Source of the DNA: Minisyncoccota bacterium
Lineage (GTDB): Bacteria > Patescibacteriota > Minisyncoccia > Phycocordibacterales > UBA5272
NCBI GenBank assembly: GCA_041651055.1
Contig: JBAZJW010000001.1
Span: 536,506 to 600,505 of the forward strand
Length of the DNA: 64,000 bases
Direction of reading: 5' to 3'
Under the pieces are notes generated by a model. It was not told the DNA's origin. It was given only the letters and a program-made list of their open reading frames with translations, and did no database searches. Every line of letters begins with the position of its first letter. Positions within the stretch are counted from its first letter, which is position 1. Positions 58,882-64,000 of this stretch are shown in pieces. Both the position numbers and the translations under genes were made by a program.

Positions 58882-58961
58882 TTGCTTTTCATTGTGAATA
58901 TGGTATAGTAAAGAGGTATACGGATGTGCGTGTGAGTCGGCCTAGGGCCGGCCATTTTTTT
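58882..58961 (+). promoter_or_regulatory. nusA promoter and attenuator-like leader hairpin
   Basis: TTGCTT-N16-TATAGT with extended -10 TG; GTCGGCC-TAG-GGCCGGC followed by a T-tract. Confidence 0.6.
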
Positions 58962-59032
58962 ATCAAAATTGTAAAGTTTCAGTTCAAAGTATCGGTGAAT
59001 ATCCTTGTATTTCAATGTATTTTGTATTTTCA

Positions 59033-59070
59033 CTAAAAACTAAAAACTAAAAACTAAAAACTAAAAACTA
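59033..59070. repeat. Heptamer tandem repeat (CTAAAAA)x5
   Basis: Read directly; ends just upstream of the nusA ATG. Confidence 0.9.
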
Positions 59071-59076
59071 TTTACC

Positions 59077-60417
59077 ATGTTAGACATCAAAGCGTTAAAG
59101 ATTGCCCTCGAGCAACTTGAACAAGAAAAGAAAATTGGTCATGAAAAGGTTGTGGATGCAGTAGAAAAATCTCTTGCAGCAGCGTACCAGAAGGAATACG
59201 GAAAGCGCGGACAGATAGTTCGTTGCCAAATAAACTTCGAAACAGGTGAAACTCAGTTCGAACAGGTGAAAATTGTTGTTGATGAAACAACAGTACGCAT
59301 GCCAGTTGAAGGCGAAGAAGAAGTCTTCGAGCCGACAAATGCTGCTCTTGAAGCAGAAACGGCAGAAGGATTGCTCCCTCGTTACAACGAAGAGCGTCAT
59401 ATTTTGCTTTCAACAGCGAAGCTTCTCAAGAAGAATGCTGAGCTCGAAGAAGAAATCGTATTCCCGCTAGATAATCAGGATGACTTCGGTCGTATCGCTG
59501 CACAAACGGCGAAGCAGGTTATCGTACAGAAGCTTCGTGAAGCGGAACGCGAATCAATCGTAGGAGAATTTACCGATAAAGAAAACACTATCGTATCCGG
59601 TGTCGTTCAGCGTGTTGAACGTGGAACGGCATTCATCGATCTCGGTCGTACAACAGCTATTCTTCCCTTTGAAGAACAAATTCCTTCAGAGAGACTTCGT
59701 CCTGGTGAGCGTGTGCGTGCGTACCTCTTCTCTATCGAAGAAGGTTTCCGCGGACTCTCTATCCGTCTCTCACGAACACATCCGAAATTCTTGATTGAAC
59801 TTTTCAAAAATGAAAGTGCAGAAATTGCAGCTGGTACGGTAGAAATCGTAGCCGTTGCTCGTGAACCAGGATCCCGTTCGAAGATTGCTGTGAAGTCAAA
59901 CGATGAACGTATCGATCCGATCGGAGCCTGTGTCGGTCAGCGTGGTGTGCGAGTATCTGCCATTACAGATGAACTTTCTGGTGAAAAGATTGATGTTATC
60001 GAATGGTCAGACGACTCTCGCCGCTTCATCGCGACAGCACTTTCTCCTGCAAAGGCTCTTTCTATTGAATTAAATGAAAGCGAAAAGAAGGCAGTTGTAA
60101 CCGTTGCTCCAGAAGAACAGTCTCTCGCTATCGGTAAAGGTGGACAGAACGTTCGTCTTGCCGCGAAGCTTACTGGTTGGAAAATCGATATCGTTTCTGG
60201 TGGTGAAATGATTGCCGAAGCAGACCAGGAAGGTGCTTTCACCGATCAGAGTGGTGTTGTTGATGAAACAATCGATGAACAAGCAGAAGAAGTTCTTGCG
60301 GCCTTGAATGTTATTGAAGAAGTAACACCAAAGAATGCAGAACTCGATAAAGAATCCATGCCAGAAGTTGCTGAAGAAGTAGTTGCAACCGCAGAAGTAG
60401 TTGAAGAAGTTAAATAG
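59077..60417 (+). CDS. nusA: Transcription termination factor NusA
   Basis: FGRIAAQTAKQV, AREPGSRSKIAV, GACVG, AIGKGGQNVRLA. Confidence 0.98.
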   Translation: MLDIKALKIALEQLEQEKKIGHEKVVDAVEKSLAAAYQKEYGKRGQIVRCQINFETGETQFEQVKIVVDETTVRMPVEGEEEVFEPTNAALEAETAEGLLPRYNEERHILLSTAKLLKKNAELEEEIVFPLDNQDDFGRIAAQTAKQVIVQKLREAERESIVGEFTDKENTIVSGVVQRVERGTAFIDLGRTTAILPFEEQIPSERLRPGERVRAYLFSIEEGFRGLSIRLSRTHPKFLIELFKNESAEIAAGTVEIVAVAREPGSRSKIAVKSNDERIDPIGACVGQRGVRVSAITDELSGEKIDVIEWSDDSRRFIATALSPAKALSIELNESEKKAVVTVAPEEQSLAIGKGGQNVRLAAKLTGWKIDIVSGGEMIAEADQEGAFTDQSGVVDETIDEQAEEVLAALNVIEEVTPKNAELDKESMPEVAEEVVATAEVVEEVK

Positions 60418-60471
60418 TATTTGTAATTTGTATTACTACAACCTAAAACCTATACACTAAAAACTATACCT

Positions 60472-61005
60472 ATGAATTTACTCCACGATATTACCCCTGG
60501 TTCAAATGTGCCAAATGAAATCAACGTTATTATTGAAATCAACAAAGGTTCAAAAAATAAGTATGAGATCGATAAGGCTACAGGGCTTATCAAGCTTGAT
60601 CGTGCAATGAAAACATCTCAGGACTATCCATTTGATTATGGGTTCGTTCCTCAGACACATTGGCACGATGGAGATCCTCTTGATGTTGTTCTTCTTACAA
60701 CATATCCACTTATTCCTGGTATCCTAGTGGACGCGCGCCCTGTTGCTGTCATGGATATGATTGATGGTGGCGAGAGTGATGCCAAGATTATCGCGGTCCC
60801 TGTAAACGATGTTCGTTTCAAAAATGTGAAAGATATCGGAGACCTCAACGAGCACACACTTAAAGAAATTGAACATTTCTTTTTGACATATAAGTCAATC
60901 GAAAACAAAGTTGTAACTATCCCTACAATACGTGACGCAAAAGCTGCAATGGAAGTGGTTATCGAAGGTGTAGAGCTTTACAAAAAAGAATTTAACAAGA
61001 ATTAA
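60472..61005 (+). CDS. ppa: Inorganic pyrophosphatase
   Basis: NKYE, YGFVPQT, DGDPLDV, FFLTYK. Confidence 0.97.
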   Translation: MNLLHDITPGSNVPNEINVIIEINKGSKNKYEIDKATGLIKLDRAMKTSQDYPFDYGFVPQTHWHDGDPLDVVLLTTYPLIPGILVDARPVAVMDMIDGGESDAKIIAVPVNDVRFKNVKDIGDLNEHTLKEIEHFFLTYKSIENKVVTIPTIRDAKAAMEVVIEGVELYKKEFNKN

Positions 61006-61077
61006 TCATTTAGTTTCCTGCTACGGTCATTAGTATTTTACTAAAGGCTACGAGCTATAAGCTAACAGCTATCCCCT

Positions 61078-62154
61078 ATGAAGATTGAAAAAAAAGATTT
61101 ACCAAAGTCAGAAGTAGAATTTAAAATTATCGTTGATGCAGACGAATTCGCCGCACATCACGCGAAAGCGCTTGCAAGTATTCAGCAAGTTGTAGAAGTT
61201 GATGGTTTCCGAAAAGGAAATGCGCCTGAAGATCTTATCGTAAAGAAATACGGTGACATGATTATTCTCGAAGAGATGGCGAACATCGCTCTCCGTGAGG
61301 CATATGTGAAAGCTGTTGAAGAACACAAGGTCTCCCCTATTTCAGACCCACAGGTGACCATTACGAAGATCGCGAAAGGAAACCCTCTCGAACTCACCAT
61401 CGTTGTTCCTGTTATCCCAGAGCTTACGCTTCCTGCATACAAGAAACTTGCGAAGGAAGTGAGTGCCGGTGATGAGAAAATAGAAGTGACAGACAAAGAC
61501 ATTGAAGATGTTCTCGAAGAGCTTCGCAAAGGACGTGCTACACAGCACACCCACGAGCACAACGAGAATTGTAATCATGTTGAGGAAGCGAAGGAGGGCG
61601 ATGCTGCAGAATCTAAAGACGAGACAGTGTTACCAGAACTAAACGATGAGTTCGCTCAGAGTTTTGGTTCTGATTTCAAGAATCTTGTAGAGCTTAAGTC
61701 AAAAGTTGGTGAAAATCTTAAACTTGAGAAAGAACAGAAGCTTCGCGAAAAGCGCCGCAGCGCAATTATGGAAAAGTTGATAGCTGAAACAAAAGCCGAA
61801 CTTCCAGAAGTGATTGTTGAAGATGAGCTTCGTACCATGCTTGCACAAATGAAGCAGGACATCACTCGTTTCGGTGGAACATGGGAAGAGTATCTCGCGC
61901 ATGCCAAGAAAACAGAAGAGCAGTTGAAGGATGATTGGCGAAATGACGCGGTGAAGCGTGCAATGAGTCAGCTTATCTTGCACAAGATTGCTCAGGCGGA
62001 AAAGCTTTCTGCAACCGATGAGGAAATCGAAGTGGAACTTGTGCGTGTGCTAGCAACGGTGCAGGATGCGGATGAGGAACGAGCAAAGTCGTACCTGTTC
62101 CAGGCGCTCACCAACGAAAAGGTATTGAAATTCTTGGAGAACACCGAGGCATAA
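61078..62154 (+). CDS. tig: Trigger factor lacking most of the PPIase domain
   Basis: DGFRKGNAP, LPELNDEFA; FKBP region replaced by a short His/acidic linker. Confidence 0.92.
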   Translation: MKIEKKDLPKSEVEFKIIVDADEFAAHHAKALASIQQVVEVDGFRKGNAPEDLIVKKYGDMIILEEMANIALREAYVKAVEEHKVSPISDPQVTITKIAKGNPLELTIVVPVIPELTLPAYKKLAKEVSAGDEKIEVTDKDIEDVLEELRKGRATQHTHEHNENCNHVEEAKEGDAAESKDETVLPELNDEFAQSFGSDFKNLVELKSKVGENLKLEKEQKLREKRRSAIMEKLIAETKAELPEVIVEDELRTMLAQMKQDITRFGGTWEEYLAHAKKTEEQLKDDWRNDAVKRAMSQLILHKIAQAEKLSATDEEIEVELVRVLATVQDADEERAKSYLFQALTNEKVLKFLENTEA

Positions 62155-62314
62155 ATTGGCGTACTTCTCGTTGTGTTTGCAAAAATACTTCTCATCGTAC
62201 AAGTTAGTACGCCTCGTAGCATTTTTGCAAATACAACTTCGAATTACACCCAATTTCTGCCTCGGCTGACGTGAGCATTTCTTGTGTAAGTAAAAAAATA
62301 CAAACACGAAACAC

Positions 62315-62352
62315 AATACAAAAGCGAACCCTTACGGGTTCGCTTTTGTATT
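62315..62352. terminator. Bidirectional terminator
   Basis: AATACAAAAGCGAACCC-TTAC-GGGTTCGCTTTTGTATT. Confidence 0.85.
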
Positions 62353-62390
62353 TGCTTTAAGCTTTTAACTTCAAGCCTCCAGCTGTCCCC

Positions 62391-62828
62391 TTACGCCTTT
62401 GGATTAAGTGTATAGCATCGTCCACAACTGCACGCTCCTGTCGTAGCCAAGATACCACCGATGATTGCGATATTCTTGAGTGCCATAACGAGGTTCATGC
62501 CTGAGTTGATATCACGGTGAACGAGAACAGTTGCCACCACAGTGAAGGCAACGAGTATTCCCCCTGTAATACAGACACGGTATCCCCATGCGTAGGCGAT
62601 TGCCACAGGAATTTCGATAATAATAACAAGCGCTGTAACGAGAGAAACAAGAGGAATACCAAGTGTTCCAATTGCTACAGCAGTATTATTGAACGATTCC
62701 CCAATGCTTCCCAATGAAGAAAGTATTGTTGAAGGTGCGAAAATATTGATGCCTAGTTTTTGTAAACCTGCAACTACGAAAAGTAGTGCAATAAGAATTC
62801 GTGAGGTAAGAGCGTAATTGAATTTCAT
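62391..62828 (-). CDS. DoxX family membrane protein
   Basis: RILIALLFVVAGLQK, IIIEI, KNIAIIGG. Confidence 0.85.
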   Translation of the reverse strand: MKFNYALTSRILIALLFVVAGLQKLGINIFAPSTILSSLGSIGESFNNTAVAIGTLGIPLVSLVTALVIIIEIPVAIAYAWGYRVCITGGILVAFTVVATVLVHRDINSGMNLVMALKNIAIIGGILATTGACSCGRCYTLNPKA

Positions 62829-62884
62829 AAAAATTGACGATAAAGCCCTTTCGGGATGACTAAAGTGTAACACGCTACAGGTTC

Positions 62885-63589
62885 TTATTGTAAAACGAAT
62901 GCACAGGCGACTATCGCCGCCGTTTCAGCACGAAGTACTGTTTCCCCTAGTTTTACAGTCTTGACTTCTTTTGATGCGAAAAGTTCTTCTTCTTTTTCAC
63001 TCCACCCTCCTTCGGGCCCAATGAATAGTCCTATACTTTTCGCATCACGAAGTTCTTTTTTGACAGTTTCATTGTTCAATGAAACGCCACCCATCTGTAA
63101 AAGGTATGAAACATCGTGAACGAAAGGTATCTCGCACACCTGTGCAAGTGAAACAATGGGCATAATTGTTGGAATATCCCCTCGTCCGCATTGCTCTGCG
63201 GCTTCGGTCACTATTTTGTGTAATCGTTCTTCGTTTAATCCTTTCTTTTCTGATCGTTCTGAAACGATAGGCACGATAGTGGAAACGCCAAGCTCCGTTG
63301 CTTTTTGTGCAACGAGTTCGAAGTTATCTTTCTTGATAAGAGAAAGGTACAGTGTCACAGAAGTCTGTGGCATGTATGAAGGGGTAAGCTTACTACGAGT
63401 AAGAATTACTTCTTGTGGCGAAAGAGATTCAATGGCACACGTGTAATCATTACCATCCCCATTAAAGAGGATAACAAAATCACCTTGTGTATATCGGAAA
63501 ACTTTTGCCCACTGTTTTATGAGAGAAACGTCATCAATGACAACATCTTCACCAAGAGGTTGTTCTACGTAAAAGCGATGTAATCGCAT
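62885..63589 (-). CDS. rsmE: 16S rRNA m3U1498 methyltransferase
   Basis: QKATELGV, EAAEQC, IGPEGG, LRAETA. Confidence 0.97.
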   Translation of the reverse strand: MRLHRFYVEQPLGEDVVIDDVSLIKQWAKVFRYTQGDFVILFNGDGNDYTCAIESLSPQEVILTRSKLTPSYMPQTSVTLYLSLIKKDNFELVAQKATELGVSTIVPIVSERSEKKGLNEERLHKIVTEAAEQCGRGDIPTIMPIVSLAQVCEIPFVHDVSYLLQMGGVSLNNETVKKELRDAKSIGLFIGPEGGWSEKEEELFASKEVKTVKLGETVLRAETAAIVACAFVLQ

Positions 63590-63731
63590 AAGTAAACACT
63601 ACAGCGAGCAAAAAGACATTGCAATACAAACGAAGAGACAATATTTATGAAGGACAAATGAAGACATTAAAAAGTAAAAGACAGTTATCCACACCCTACC
63701 CCTTGCATATAAAAGACATCGTAGTATTATT

Positions 63732-63852
63732 AAGGACAGGGAAGATTTAAAGACAGATTGACGTGACCGGCTACGCTCCTCCGAAGCATCAACATCGGTT
63801 TTCAAGGCTCGCGCACTCACATCTCTCTCACATCTTGCCCAGAATTGTTCTT
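63732..63852 (+). ncRNA. Candidate rod-like ncRNA or leader of about 120 nt
   Basis: Promoter-like TTGCAT...TAGTATTAT; AAGGACA-GGGAAGAT pairs with ATCTTGCCC...TGTTCTT. Confidence 0.4.
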
Positions 63853-64000
63853 TACACAGTGTACGTTACGGTTGATCACTAATATCCGTAACACAATAGA
63901 CCCCTTAGGTCTTGCATGGTTCCTCTTTTGTTGGATCTCCTCTAGTTTGTGAAAACTATATGTAGTAACAATAACTCTCTTTTATGAGAATCCCCTGCCT

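Noticed and set aside
1-64000. Alternative genetic code 25 (TGA=Gly)
   Set aside because: Core genes are full length under code 11 and ruvC ends at TGA at the expected length

Overview
This 64-kb window looks like chromosomal DNA of a Patescibacteria (CPR, probably Parcubacteria) genome using genetic code 11. It spans the probable replication origin (dnaN-oriC-dnaA, divergent from rpmH-rnpA-yidC). Core genes include tRNA-Lys, a holA-like gene, polA, tsaE, pilB/gspE, ruvBC, tyrS, a class A PBP, rsmA, pcrA/uvrD, comM, rpsO, a Xer-type recombinase, xth, tpiA-pgk, nusA, ppa, tig and rsmE. Five observations stand out. (1) A 14-kb T4SS-like locus with no relaxase (VirB6-like, PrgI, TraC/VirB4-like) ends in two genes that share a 323-bp identical pilin-like module fused to different peptidoglycan hydrolases (SLT and M15-like). 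The locus is bracketed by an inverted pair of ~116-bp repeats. (2) An array of GC-rich, SD-led, individually promoted envelope genes at 7014-9357 includes two that share an unrecognised C-terminal Cys-pair domain and a duplicated promoter, and one flanked by 63-bp direct REP-like repeats. (3) Two candidate structured ncRNAs have promoter-like sequences of their own. (4) Core genes show pervasive leaderless architecture. (5) Intergenic regions are rich in nested palindromes and heptamer-periodic tracts. All calls come from reading the sequence and its motifs; no database searches were run.
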